Shown here one piece after another: positions 1 to 10,291 of a DNA stretch of 64,000 bases (the stretch's first letter is position 1; each line of letters begins with the position of its first letter). A model generated the notes under the pieces. It was not told the DNA's origin. It saw only the letters and a list, made by a program, of their open reading frames with translations, and made no database searches. The DNA comes from an uncultured bacterium. Lineage in GTDB: Bacteria > UBP4 > UBA4092. The stretch covers positions 1 through 64,000 of the forward strand of contig CAZXWN010000011.1 of assembly GCA_964644695.1 (NCBI GenBank), given 5' to 3'. Both the position numbers and the translations under genes were made by a program.

Positions 1-54
1 CGAAGTTATCAATACTAAAACTAACAAACAAAGTAATAGTTTCATCATCCTCAT
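1..54 (-). CDS. 5' end (signal peptide) of a secreted protein running off the window; leader paralogous to 41631..42683
   Basis: Reverse complement reads MRMMKLLLCLLVLVLITS, versus MRMNKQLLCLLVLVLMAS for 41631..42683; same AAGGGG RBS and upstream promoter. Confidence 0.8.
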   Translation of the reverse strand, partial: MRMMKLLLCLLVLVLITS

Positions 55-92
55 AAGTTGTTGAATCCCCTTTTTTAGTCGTCATTGTCACC

Positions 93-121
93 AATCTATA
101 CCCTTTATCATGGACTGTCAA
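93..121 (-). promoter_or_regulatory. sigma70-type promoter TTGACA-N17-TAGATT
   Basis: Minus strand ttgaca gtccatgataaagggta tagatt; identical at 42722..42750. Confidence 0.7.
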
Positions 122-213
122 CAATCATTTTTAACTCAGGCTACCTAACAGGAACTATCACATAAAATTGTGGATTTAGACCGACCCGGTTCGTTTCTGC
201 TTCGTCAGTGAGA

Positions 214-259
214 ACGAAGAATCCACGGAGTTAGTCCGAGATGGTCCGTGGATGAGTCG
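214..259 (+). repeat. 46-bp palindromic repeat, copy A
   Basis: ACGAAGAATCCACGGAGTTAGTCCGAGATGGTCCGTGGATGAGTCG; stem ATCCACGGA/TCCGTGGAT. Confidence 0.85.
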
Positions 260-264
260 AAAGA

Positions 265-312
265 AAAAGAAACGACCTGAAAGGATTATAGAACTGTCCC
301 TTTCAGGTCGTA
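265..312 (-). terminator. Rho-independent terminator of ade
   Basis: acgacctgaaagg...cctttcaggtcgt stem followed by a T-rich run on the minus strand. Confidence 0.7.
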
Positions 313-331
313 TAAAGGTCAAATAATGGTT

Positions 332-2044
332 TTAATTCAGAAACAGGGGAACTATTTCAAATTTTGAAACATCCACCAAACCCCGGTCAGTGAGTTTTAA
401 ATCAGGAATGACCGGTAAGGATAGAAACGCCATCTGCATATACGGGTCTTCCATGGTACAACCAAGTGAGTGAGCCGCATTTTTGAGTTTTTCCAGACAA
501 GCACATACTTCCACCAGCGGTTTATCACTCATCAGGCCGCCAATCGGCAACGGTAACGATTCCAGGACTTCCCCGTTACGAACCGCACACAACCCGCCCT
601 GCATTTTTACCAATTGCACAGCGGCCGTAAAAATGTCATGGTCATTCGTCCCAATAACAATCAAGTTATGTGAGTCATGGGCCACCGAGGAAGCAATTGC
701 TCCCTGTTTGAGTCCAAATCCACGAACCAACCCCATTCCAACATTTCCCGTTGCATGATGCCGTTCAATCACCACCATTTTCAAAAGGTCCCGGTCAATA
801 TCTGAAATAACCATCCCTTCGACAACCTTCGGAGTGGCTGTTTCACTGACAGTAATCAACTGTTTTGGAATGACTCGAATCACCCGACAGTCTTTCCCAT
901 CCACGGCGGGAATCCGGAAATCTTCCTCCCGAAGCCACTGCACATTAACAGAACCCCGCAACGGAATCGGGCGGCGTGCTGTTTCGGGAAATACCATCTG
1001 GCCATCTTCCGCCGCCAGTACCCCCTGTTTGAACACCATTCTCGGTGTCATTTTCTCCAAGTCATCCAGGACCACTACATCAGCCATCCACCCCGGAGCA
1101 ATCCCACCGACTCGGTTCAACTTGTAATATTGGGCGGTGTTTAGAGTGGCCATCCGAATCGCCCAGACCGGGGAAATCCCGGAGGATATGGCATCCCGTA
1201 TCATGGAATTGATATGGCCCCGAGTCAGTAAATCCAAAGGCGTCCGGTCATCGGTACAAAACATAATACGGGATAAGGTGTAATCATTCACCAAGGGAAG
1301 AAGGTCTTTCAAATTACGGGCAACCGACCCTTCCCGAATCATAATGTGCATCCCCAGCCGAAGCTTTTCGGCCGCCTCCTCAATTGTGGAACATTCATGA
1401 TCAGAGTTGATTCCGGCAGCAATGTATCCATTCAAATCCAGCCCCGTTAATCCGGGAGCATGCCCATCAATCTGTTTATCTTTCGCAATTCGTATCTTAT
1501 TCAGGACCTCCGGATCCCCATTCAGGACTCCCGGAAAATTCATCACTTCCGCCAGCCCCAACACCCATTTATCCTGGAAAAATCCAATCAGGTCGATCGC
1601 ATCCAGTTCAGCTCCACTGGTTTCCAACGGGCTGGCCGGTACACAGGAGGACAAAGTAACATACACACTTAAAGGGTTATATTTCGAGGATTTGAGGATG
1701 TAAGCAATCCCATCGGTTCCCATGACATTGGCAATCTCATGGGGGTCTGCCACAATCGCTGTCGTTCCCAGAGGGAGTGCTGTCCGGGCAAACTCCGACA
1801 CCTGCACCATGTAGGATTCCACATGCATGTGGGCATCTATAAATCCGGGAGTTACATAACTCCCCTTCAGGTCGTATTCCTTCAATCCCTGATATTGCCC
1901 CACTCCGGCAATTTTATCCTCACAAAATGCCACATCCGCATTCTGGATTTCACCGGAGAACACATTCACCACCCGGGCGTTTTTTAACACCACATCCGCC
2001 GGTTCCAATCCCCGGCCCACTCGAATCAGTCTTTCCAGGTGCAT
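332..2044 (-). CDS. ade: Adenine deaminase
   Basis: PGFIDAHMHVES, DPHEIANV, DGHAP, SDHEC, REGS, SSVAHDSHN motifs; 570 aa. Confidence 0.95.
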   Translation of the reverse strand: MHLERLIRVGRGLEPADVVLKNARVVNVFSGEIQNADVAFCEDKIAGVGQYQGLKEYDLKGSYVTPGFIDAHMHVESYMVQVSEFARTALPLGTTAIVADPHEIANVMGTDGIAYILKSSKYNPLSVYVTLSSCVPASPLETSGAELDAIDLIGFFQDKWVLGLAEVMNFPGVLNGDPEVLNKIRIAKDKQIDGHAPGLTGLDLNGYIAAGINSDHECSTIEEAAEKLRLGMHIMIREGSVARNLKDLLPLVNDYTLSRIMFCTDDRTPLDLLTRGHINSMIRDAISSGISPVWAIRMATLNTAQYYKLNRVGGIAPGWMADVVVLDDLEKMTPRMVFKQGVLAAEDGQMVFPETARRPIPLRGSVNVQWLREEDFRIPAVDGKDCRVIRVIPKQLITVSETATPKVVEGMVISDIDRDLLKMVVIERHHATGNVGMGLVRGFGLKQGAIASSVAHDSHNLIVIGTNDHDIFTAAVQLVKMQGGLCAVRNGEVLESLPLPIGGLMSDKPLVEVCACLEKLKNAAHSLGCTMEDPYMQMAFLSLPVIPDLKLTDRGLVDVSKFEIVPLFLN

Positions 2045-2106
2045 TGTGTCCCCTCCAATCCTGTCCTGATAAAGATAAAGGCGGCCTTCAGCCGCCTTTT
2101 TGTCTT

Positions 2107-2313
2107 CTATTTATCGATAACGACGGGTTCTGTCAACACCATCTGGGCAGCAACCATTCGTTCCCGGTATCCCTCAATTTCCAATCCCACCAACTCATGA
2201 TGTAAATCAAAATCTCCGATTATTCCAGGTGCCAGGACCTTCCGTTCTGAAAAGGGAAAATCCACCACCCGAATCACCAGAGCATCTTCCACTAAATCCA
2301 TCGTTAAACGCAC
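2107..2313 (-). CDS. DUF2283-like small protein
   Basis: DALVIR...PGIIGDFD...LVGLEI pattern; GTG start with AGGAG RBS. Confidence 0.65.
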   Translation of the reverse strand: MRLTMDLVEDALVIRVVDFPFSERKVLAPGIIGDFDLHHELVGLEIEGYRERMVAAQMVLTEPVVIDK

Positions 2314-2637
2314 GATTTCTCCTATCTTTTAGGACCATTTTCACTTACCTTACCGGATAGTATGGAAAGTGACATTATCTATATCATAACGGTAATTAAA
2401 TGTTTTCTGCCAGACTCTGATTTACTCTTGATTTAATCAGAGGAAAGACAGACCCGTTACCTGAATAATATTAGAAATGAGAATACACTAATTCCCTTCG
2501 GATTGACAAGGAAAAGACCGCCTCAACCGGACTCTTATTTTTCCAGTTGAAATTATCCGTTAATTCTTCTAACTTATAACCATTAACGAGGCAGTTCCTG
2601 TAATCTTGCCCGTCCACTTATCCGGGGGTTTGGATTC

Positions 2638-3612
2638 ATGAATACGGTTATGCTTTTCAATCCTGAAAAAGGATTTATACTGGACCAGAAAGACCCTGGA
2701 TTTATTCAGTCCTATCTGGATGACCCTAGCGCCCTCACCTGGATTGATTTGGAAGACCCAGAGGAAGATGAACTGGATATCCTGATGGAATTATTCCATT
2801 TCCATCCCCTCTCGATTGAAGACTGTATATTTCCCCAGAACCGTCCCAAAATGGAAGACTTCAAATCCTACCTGTTTCTGGTCGTGCATGGCATCGTATA
2901 TGATGCCAGTACCACACCCACCATCTCATTGAAAGAACTGGATATTTTTATCGGCTCCAACTTTATTGTGACTGTTCATAATGAGCCCATGAAGACAATT
3001 ACTTTTGTCCGGAATCAGTGTCGGGAGAAAAATGAAATACTGACGCATGGGCCGGACACCCTTCTACACCTGCTGATGGATAATCTGGTGGACAGTTATT
3101 TCCCTATCCTGAACCATTTTGATAATTCGATTGATGATATTGAAGATTCTGTTTTCAACAAACCCGGTCCCGATATCCTGAATGACATTTTCAATCTGAA
3201 ACGAGACCTGATGTCTCTCCGCCGGGTCATTTATCCTCAACAGGAAATAATCCAAAAGATGGTCCGTAGAGAAGTCCCCCATATTCAAACCTCCACTCAA
3301 GCCTATTTCCGTGACATCAACGACCATCTGGCCCGGATGATGGATATGATTGATGCCTTCAGGGAATCTCTGACCAGCGCGCTTGAGATTTACATGTCCG
3401 TGTCAAACAACAGACTCAATGATGTGATGAAGACCCTCACCATCATTGCTACGATTATGATGCCCGGGACCCTGATTGCCAGTTTTTATGGGATGAATTT
3501 CAAATACTTACCTCATCAGGACTGGGTCTATGGTCCTATTTTGGTTTTAGCTCTTATCGTCATTTTATCCGTGGGGATGTTATATTATTTCCATAAGCGA
3601 AATTGGATTTAA
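2638..3612 (+). CDS. corA: CorA Mg2+/Co2+ transporter
   Basis: WIDL, FHPLSIED, QNRPK, YGMNF signature, two C-terminal TM helices. Confidence 0.93.
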   Translation: MNTVMLFNPEKGFILDQKDPGFIQSYLDDPSALTWIDLEDPEEDELDILMELFHFHPLSIEDCIFPQNRPKMEDFKSYLFLVVHGIVYDASTTPTISLKELDIFIGSNFIVTVHNEPMKTITFVRNQCREKNEILTHGPDTLLHLLMDNLVDSYFPILNHFDNSIDDIEDSVFNKPGPDILNDIFNLKRDLMSLRRVIYPQQEIIQKMVRREVPHIQTSTQAYFRDINDHLARMMDMIDAFRESLTSALEIYMSVSNNRLNDVMKTLTIIATIMMPGTLIASFYGMNFKYLPHQDWVYGPILVLALIVILSVGMLYYFHKRNWI

Positions 3613-3636
3613 ATCCATCAGAAGCGAGATAAGGTC

Positions 3637-4656
3637 ATGAAAAAACTGTCTATCCTGTTTATATTAGCTGCGGTCAGCCTGATATCATGGGCCAGTGCTG
3701 ATAAAGTCATTCTCAAAAGCGGCAATGAATTTGATTGTGTCGTTCTTCAAAGTGCCCCAACCATCATGGTGATTGAAATTGCCAACGGGACCATTAAACT
3801 AAATCCGGCAGATGTCATGCATACCACCATGGATACTCCAGACAACAATCTCATCATCCGGGGCGATTTTATGAAGGGCCGTAACAAGTTGGATGAAGCC
3901 ATGAGATTTTATCAGGAAGCCATGATCGCCAATGCCAAAAACCTGAAAGCCCGCCAGAAATATGATGATTTATACCGGGCTCAGGAAAAAGTAGAAAACA
4001 AAGCTGCGGTTAAACTCACCGAAAAAGTAGATACTCATGCCACGGAAGAAAACCTGGCGGCAATGCATGACAAAGAACTCCCCATGACCGGTAATACCAG
4101 TATTACGGCTGAAGGGTTCGGGATGTTTCCTCTTTATGGAGCGAAAAAGGGAAAAGATGATAAAGCTCTTACTGCTGCCAAGGTGGACGCCTTACGAAAA
4201 GTTTTCACCAAAGGAACAGGATATGGTTGGAGTTATAAAGGTGGAAAGACCGTCATCATGCCGGTGGGTGAACTCCCCAATGTAAACATCAAAATCCTGA
4301 CCAAAGAAAAAACCAGTGTCGGTTATCGTGTCATGGTACAAATCAGTGGACCCTCCAGTTCTGTTTTCGTAGATTATCCTACCGACTATCCTTCTTTAGG
4401 CATGGAAGGTATTAATCCCAAGCTAAAAGCCGCTGATATTACTGAGTTGCGCCAGGGAGCCATTGAACGCGCACTTCAGGAAGGTGTCGCTATCGCGATA
4501 AGTCGGAAAATCAACGAAGCCAAAGCTAACCCGAAGGGTCAATATTTCGGCCGCGTATTTGTAGAAAAAATCAACAATGAATTATTGACGGGTACGGGAT
4601 ATTACATTCAACTGTCCACCAAATTATGGATCGATCCGGCCTGTAGCCTGAAATAG
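3637..4656 (+). CDS. Secreted hypothetical protein with a TPR-like segment
   Basis: Signal peptide; DKVILKSG N-terminal motif; LDEAMRFYQEA helix. Confidence 0.6.
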   Translation: MKKLSILFILAAVSLISWASADKVILKSGNEFDCVVLQSAPTIMVIEIANGTIKLNPADVMHTTMDTPDNNLIIRGDFMKGRNKLDEAMRFYQEAMIANAKNLKARQKYDDLYRAQEKVENKAAVKLTEKVDTHATEENLAAMHDKELPMTGNTSITAEGFGMFPLYGAKKGKDDKALTAAKVDALRKVFTKGTGYGWSYKGGKTVIMPVGELPNVNIKILTKEKTSVGYRVMVQISGPSSSVFVDYPTDYPSLGMEGINPKLKAADITELRQGAIERALQEGVAIAISRKINEAKANPKGQYFGRVFVEKINNELLTGTGYYIQLSTKLWIDPACSLK

Positions 4657-4660
4657 ATTT

Positions 4661-5365
4661 ATGCGGACATGGATTTCCACTCTCATATTATCAATAGGAT
4701 TAACCATGATATCAGGTGCCAGTGAGACCCAATCTCTGGATTTTCTGCTTCGGCAGTTAGAGAACCCTTATGTCTATGATCGTATCCGGGCCATTGATAC
4801 CCTCGGAAATTTGAAAGACCCGCGGGCTATCCAACCTTTGATTGAGGCTCTCAAAGATTCCGAACATTATGCGGCGGAGGATGCGGCCAAAGCCCTGGCT
4901 AAATATGGACCGACCGCATTCCCGGCATTAATTAAAGCTTTCGATCATCCAGAACCCCAAGTCCGAGTGTGGGCTGTCGGTGCAGTCTGGATGTCAGGTC
5001 AGGCAAAACAAATTCTTCCCGAATTACTCTCCCTTCTCTCCCGGGAAACGACGGATTATGTCCGGTTGGGAGTGATTGGCGTACTGGGGGATTTCCAAGA
5101 CCCATCCATCACAAAGGCCGTCCTGCCCTTCCTGGAATCACCCGACGCCATGATGAAGATGTCCGCCGCCCAAACTTTGGGAAAACAAAAAGACCCCAAA
5201 GCAGTTCCGGCACTGGTAAAGGAATTGACCGATGAACGGCCGTCTGTTGTGTCCAATATTCACTGGGCACTCTGTAACATTGCCGGTCAGGATTTCGGCA
5301 CCGATTCAAAGGCATGGCTGAAGTGGGCCAGGACTCATAAGCCCCTTAAAAAGAAAACCCGCTAA
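4661..5365 (+). CDS. Secreted HEAT-repeat (PBS lyase-like) protein
   Basis: Signal peptide; repeated LG..KDPRAI..LI.ALKD units. Confidence 0.85.
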   Translation: MRTWISTLILSIGLTMISGASETQSLDFLLRQLENPYVYDRIRAIDTLGNLKDPRAIQPLIEALKDSEHYAAEDAAKALAKYGPTAFPALIKAFDHPEPQVRVWAVGAVWMSGQAKQILPELLSLLSRETTDYVRLGVIGVLGDFQDPSITKAVLPFLESPDAMMKMSAAQTLGKQKDPKAVPALVKELTDERPSVVSNIHWALCNIAGQDFGTDSKAWLKWARTHKPLKKKTR

Positions 5366-5416
5366 GTCTAACGAACCCCTTTACAAACTAATACCTCTTT
5401 GGGTAAACTCATCCCC

Positions 5417-6952
5417 ATGAGTGCCAAAGTCTTCAGTTCGGCCCTGATGGGCATAGATGGATATTTGGTGGAAGTGGAAGTCGAAGCTGAACGGGGGCTT
5501 GATTCTTTTAACACGGTGGGATTACCTGATGCGGCCGTTAAGGAGAGCCGCGACCGTGTAAAACATGCAATCAAGAACACCGGTTTTGAATTTCCACACG
5601 GTCATGTCACCGTCAATCTTGCCCCAGCCGACATCAAAAAAGAAGGGTCCGCTTTTGATTTACCCATTGCGGTGGGACTGTTAGTTTTAACCAATCAAAT
5701 CAAAGCGACCCGATTAGACCAATATTTGTTAGTAGGGGAGTTGTCATTAGATGGAAGTCTCCGACCTATTCGGGGAGCCCTCCCCATCGCTACCAAGGCC
5801 AAAGCCAGCGGATTCACAGGAATCCTCCTTCCGGCTGCAAACGCCGATGAAGCTGCTGTGATTGAGGGACTGGAGGTATACGGAATCCAGAATCTTCAAC
5901 AGGCATCCGATTTCCTTCAGACAGGAAATACCATCGTTCCGCATAATCTGGATGTGAACTCCCTGTTTCAGGAATACTCAAAATACCTGGTGGATTTCAG
6001 CGATGTCCGGGGGCAGGAGAATGCCAAGCGCGCCATGGAAATATCGGCCGCCGGAGGGCACAACATCATTATGGTTGGACCTCCGGGTTCCGGTAAGACC
6101 ATGTTGGCAAAACGATTCCCGACGATTCTTCCCCCAATGACTTTGGACGAATCTATTGAGACCACCAAGATCCATTCCGTCGCAGGACTGGTATCCGCCA
6201 AACGGTCTCTGGTAGCCACGCGTCCATTCCGCAGTCCCCATCATACGGTCAGTGATGCCGGACTTATCGGTGGTGGACAAATTCCTCGACCTGGTGAAGT
6301 CAGTCTCTCGCATCACGGAGTGTTGTTCCTCGATGAACTTCCGGAGTTCCATCGAAACGCCCTTGAGGTACTTCGGCAGCCCCTCGAAGATGGGGTGGTT
6401 ACCATTTCCAGAGCAGCCATGACATTAGAGTTCCCGGCTAAGTTCATTCTCGTCGCCGCGATGAATCCCTGCCCCTGCGGACACTTGACTGATCCCGTCA
6501 AGGAATGTACCTGCAATCCTGTTCAAGTGCAGAGGTATCTGTCCCGAATCTCCGGACCCTTGTTGGACCGTATTGACATCCACATTGAAGTTCCGGCAGT
6601 CCGAGTTCAGGAACTCTCTCGTGGCCGCCCCGGGGAACCTTCTACAACGATTCGGGAACGAGTCATCAACGCCCGACAAATTCAACTGGACCGGTTCAAA
6701 AACAAAAGAAATCTTTACTGCAATGCCCAGATGTCCGGAAAAGATGTGCATGAATACTGTAAACTGTCCAATGATGGGATTCAGTTGATTGAGACGGCCA
6801 CCAAACAATTGGGGTTATCAGCTCGCGCCTACGACCGTATTCTCAAAGTCTCACGAACAATCGCGGACCTTGAATCTACGCCCGATATTCAGACCAGCCA
6901 CCTCGCCGAAGCGATTCAATATCGAAGCCTCGACAGGAGCCTCTGGAAATAG
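5417..6952 (+). CDS. comM: ComM/YifB Mg-chelatase-like AAA+ ATPase
   Basis: [57 protein letters not shown]; start probably ATG 5417. Confidence 0.95.
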   Translation: MSAKVFSSALMGIDGYLVEVEVEAERGLDSFNTVGLPDAAVKESRDRVKHAIKNTGFEFPHGHVTVNLAPADIKKEGSAFDLPIAVGLLVLTNQIKATRLDQYLLVGELSLDGSLRPIRGALPIATKAKASGFTGILLPAANADEAAVIEGLEVYGIQNLQQASDFLQTGNTIVPHNLDVNSLFQEYSKYLVDFSDVRGQENAKRAMEISAAGGHNIIMVGPPGSGKTMLAKRFPTILPPMTLDESIETTKIHSVAGLVSAKRSLVATRPFRSPHHTVSDAGLIGGGQIPRPGEVSLSHHGVLFLDELPEFHRNALEVLRQPLEDGVVTISRAAMTLEFPAKFILVAAMNPCPCGHLTDPVKECTCNPVQVQRYLSRISGPLLDRIDIHIEVPAVRVQELSRGRPGEPSTTIRERVINARQIQLDRFKNKRNLYCNAQMSGKDVHEYCKLSNDGIQLIETATKQLGLSARAYDRILKVSRTIADLESTPDIQTSHLAEAIQYRSLDRSLWK

Positions 6953-7144
6953 GTAAACGGGAATAAATATATGCAGATTGATTATTTTCTTACAGAGCGG
7001 ACACATAAATCATACTACCAGAACATTTTAACTCATCCTATTATGAGCAGAGAATAAAGCACATACAGTCGTCAATACTACTTTAATCATCAACCAATTA
7101 ACATATATTAGAAATAAATCTAATGATTAATTAGAGGACAAATA

Positions 7145-9145
7145 ATGCCTCCCAGAGGAAGAAACAATTTCATACGCCCAACATCACAAGGAACAATTTT
7201 TGAAATTAGTGCTATGCCTGATAATTTAGCATTTTTACTTGGAGCCGGAATTGATAAAATGCTAACAAATTCTAAGGCACCCTCCTGGGACGACCTAATA
7301 TCTAAAACATCCCCTTCCCACTGTAATAAGTACAGTAGTAATCCCGAGTATATTTCATTAAATGGCAAATATTGTAGTAACTGGCCTACTGAGACTGCAT
7401 TTGGGAATATGTGGTTTTATGGGAAAAGTGCTTACTTTCAGAAGATTGATGAAAAAGTAAACATCGGAGGTAAATTTCGTTTTACAGGATTCATTAATGA
7501 TTTATGTAAAGCCATGCTAAAGAGCAGACTTATCGTGTCATTAAATTACAGCAACTTAGTTGAAGTCTTGTTGAAGAATTACATCGCAAAAAGCACCGAT
7601 TCGAATATAAAGGCTTTGCAACTAATAGTAATTGAAAGAAAACAACTGACATCCATTCTACTAACGGATAACATTTTAAAAAATAAGGTATATTTCATTT
7701 ATTTACATGGTCATTGCAAAAATTATAGTTCAGATATCATATTTGATTCATGGAGTTACAACAGTATCACAAATGAAGATAAGGAGTATGGTGGATTTTT
7801 ACAGGACCTATTTACCCATAAAAAAGTTATTAGCATAGGGTGTTCATTAAGGGATTATCCACTAAGAAATGCTGCTGCTTTCGTACAGAGAACAAAAACA
7901 TACTTGTATCGAAAACATCTATCATTTATTTATCTTGACGACAAATTCGAGATACTACAAGCAAAGAAATCCTGCGGTAGATTAAGAACATTTTCCAATG
8001 TCATGAAGGCATCATATGGAATTGATTTAATATTCACAAACAAATCAAATCAAAATAAGATATTCACACAAGTATTTATAGATAAAAATGAAATAATCGA
8101 AAAGGAAAGTCTTCTTTCTAATCCAACTAAATTTGCTGATGCGCTAGACATTAGGGGAGATTATGAATCAACTGAACAAAACAAATTAATCGTCTATCTC
8201 TCACAGAATGAAGCCACTTCCGATCATGCCAATATTACTACTATCCAAAAGGGTATTAGCAATTTTTTAATAAAATACTACAATGATAATATCAATAACA
8301 TCAATGTTGAGAATTGGATTTCATATGCACGAATAGAAAACCATTTACGACACTATATTTGGCTTTACTGCATTGGCGATAATTACACCAAAATACGAAA
8401 AAAATTCTGGCGAAGACTCTACAAGACATATTTTGACTGTAATATGCGAAATAAAAGAATTGAAAAATATATATTGTTTAATTTCATAATTGGATGTTAT
8501 GAACACAAAACTGAATTAAACAATATAGAATATTTTAAACATTCTTTCCGTAGCTCATATGATTGTAAGTATAAACGTCGACTTGAATATGCTCCAGATA
8601 TATGGACACCACTAGAAGAGTCAAACATAGACTTTAAAACACGTATGGTACCAATGTTACTGACACATGGTTGGGAAAGTATGGCCTCAAAAGTATTATT
8701 AGACATTGCATCTTTTAGGCTCAAACAAACATTTTCGCTAGATAAAGATAACGAACCGGAATTCAATGTGATATACAATATGGCTGAACAGGCAGAAGTT
8801 ATTGCAAAATATTCGGGTTGTATGAGGCGAGTTATTAAGTCAGAAGTTATTAAAGCAATTTGTTGCGATAACCCGGGAGTCTTTTATAATAGATTATTAG
8901 GCCAATTACGAGCACTAGAAGAGCAAGGAATACTAGAGCCCGGATTATACGCTACAATTGCTGCCGGAATAGCAATTTGCCAAATAAAAACTTTTATAAA
9001 ATATGGTAAACAATATAATGAAGGAAATATATCCGACACATTGATTAATTCAGGACTAGATAAAAAACTTATAAAATCTCCGATATATGAATATTGGGCT
9101 ACATTTTACCCTCCACTAAAACAGAAAGATAGCAAACATGTCTAA
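7145..9145 (+). CDS. SIR2-like (SIR2_2) domain protein with an unassigned, probably helical C-terminal region
   Basis: LAFLLGAG..APSWDDL, VSLNYS (TTNYD-like), IYLHGH, SIGCSLRD motifs in SIR2 order; AGAGG RBS. Confidence 0.75.
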   Translation: MPPRGRNNFIRPTSQGTIFEISAMPDNLAFLLGAGIDKMLTNSKAPSWDDLISKTSPSHCNKYSSNPEYISLNGKYCSNWPTETAFGNMWFYGKSAYFQKIDEKVNIGGKFRFTGFINDLCKAMLKSRLIVSLNYSNLVEVLLKNYIAKSTDSNIKALQLIVIERKQLTSILLTDNILKNKVYFIYLHGHCKNYSSDIIFDSWSYNSITNEDKEYGGFLQDLFTHKKVISIGCSLRDYPLRNAAAFVQRTKTYLYRKHLSFIYLDDKFEILQAKKSCGRLRTFSNVMKASYGIDLIFTNKSNQNKIFTQVFIDKNEIIEKESLLSNPTKFADALDIRGDYESTEQNKLIVYLSQNEATSDHANITTIQKGISNFLIKYYNDNINNINVENWISYARIENHLRHYIWLYCIGDNYTKIRKKFWRRLYKTYFDCNMRNKRIEKYILFNFIIGCYEHKTELNNIEYFKHSFRSSYDCKYKRRLEYAPDIWTPLEESNIDFKTRMVPMLLTHGWESMASKVLLDIASFRLKQTFSLDKDNEPEFNVIYNMAEQAEVIAKYSGCMRRVIKSEVIKAICCDNPGVFYNRLLGQLRALEEQGILEPGLYATIAAGIAICQIKTFIKYGKQYNEGNISDTLINSGLDKKLIKSPIYEYWATFYPPLKQKDSKHV

Positions 9146-10256
9146 CCCTGGAAACAATATTTTTTCTTCAGGAGATAACAAACTACTTTGTTATCCAAAT
9201 CATATTATAAGTTATCTCAGGAATGAGCCCGCGCCACCAATAACATTAGAGATACACCCCTCCGAGGTTTGCAATCAACACTGCCCTCATTGTCAGTCAA
9301 AGTTTATACTAGGTAATAAAGAGTCTCACGCAAGAGCTCATAATGGGGCATTTCTTGATGTGTCATTATTGGATAAAATTTGGGGTGCACCTCCCAAAGG
9401 TATAATCCTTTCGGGCAATTCCGGAGATCCTTTATGTCACCCTGATATTTGTAAAATCATACAGGTAATAAATAACAGGAAAATACCGCTAATACTCATT
9501 ACAAATGGTTACGCAATAACAAATCAAATTGCAGAGTTGGCAGTAAAGTCTTGTGCTGGAATCAGGATAAGTTTAGATGCTTACGACAGCCAATCATACT
9601 CATTGGCACATGGTGTTAATAAATCACATTGGGAACAGGTGGTTCGAAATATTCAATTATTAGTTTCCATGAGAGATTATTGTAGTATTAGTTCAACTTC
9701 ATGCAAAATTGGCATTGGATATCTAACAAATTCAAAAACAGCAAAAGGAATACACAAGGCCATTCTTTTTAGCCGTAAACTGGGGGTTGATTACATTCAA
9801 TTCAGACCTTACCACTACCAAAATTATGACATTTCAGCCATTCTTAATTACTCAAAATATATTTCAGAGACCTCGAATAAACCAGCAATATATGTATCAA
9901 ATCAAAAATATGATAGATTTGCTTCTTCAGAAAGAAAATACATGATATGTCATGGAGCATATTTTTATACTGTTTTAGATGCTAGGGGAGATCTATATTG
10001 CTGTTGCCATAAGATTGGATTGGATTCAGCTCGGTATGATAGCTTGAAACATAAGAATTGGGGTGACATTTTGCATGACAACAGAAGAACCCATATCTTA
10101 AAATCCTATCCAGATGAAGAATGTATTCCATACTGTCGATTAAACTCTCAAAATGAACTTTTGGATAAAATAGTTCAAATTGGTGAAAATGGCTTTCTGT
10201 GTCAATTAAAAAACAATCAATTCCCTACCTATTTAGAACATAGTGCCTTTTTATAG
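9138..10256 (+). CDS. Radical SAM protein with C-terminal Twitch/SPASM-like cysteines
   Basis: CNQHCPHC (CxxxCxxC), SGNSGDPL, ITNG, RISLDA, C-x12-GDLYCCC and CIPYC; overlaps upstream gene by 8 bp. Confidence 0.9.
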   Translation: MSNPGNNIFSSGDNKLLCYPNHIISYLRNEPAPPITLEIHPSEVCNQHCPHCQSKFILGNKESHARAHNGAFLDVSLLDKIWGAPPKGIILSGNSGDPLCHPDICKIIQVINNRKIPLILITNGYAITNQIAELAVKSCAGIRISLDAYDSQSYSLAHGVNKSHWEQVVRNIQLLVSMRDYCSISSTSCKIGIGYLTNSKTAKGIHKAILFSRKLGVDYIQFRPYHYQNYDISAILNYSKYISETSNKPAIYVSNQKYDRFASSERKYMICHGAYFYTVLDARGDLYCCCHKIGLDSARYDSLKHKNWGDILHDNRRTHILKSYPDEECIPYCRLNSQNELLDKIVQIGENGFLCQLKNNQFPTYLEHSAFL

Positions 10257-10291
10257 GAATAAAGAATTATATCTAAAATATAAATTTATTT

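Larger units (their letters stand above)
1..259. repeat. Copy 1 of a duplicated promoter/leader module (copy 2 at 42630..42963)
   Basis: 1-157 aligns ungapped to 42630-42786 and about 176-259 to about 42880-42963 at high identity. Confidence 0.95.
6953..10291. other. AT-rich horizontally acquired two-gene island
   Basis: GC falls abruptly right after the comM stop (e.g. 8401-8460 is 18/60 GC, versus roughly half in flanks by eye) and recovers within the gene starting at 10292; no integrase seen. Confidence 0.8.

Noticed and set aside
186-220. Hammerhead-like CTGACGA...GAAAC on the minus strand (also about 42890-42924)
   Set aside because: Only 4 nt where stems I and II should be; better explained as a simple hairpin
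214-259. 46-bp repeats as CRISPR repeats or integron attC sites
   Set aside because: Copies are dispersed over tens of kb with no spacers, lack RYYYAAC/GTTRRRY ends, and no cas or intI gene is present
5417-6952. comM disrupted by a mobile element
   Set aside because: ORF is intact; the AT-rich island begins after its stop codon
6960-10263. GGAATAAA at both island edges as a target-site duplication
   Set aside because: 8-mer in AT-rich DNA, too weak to support
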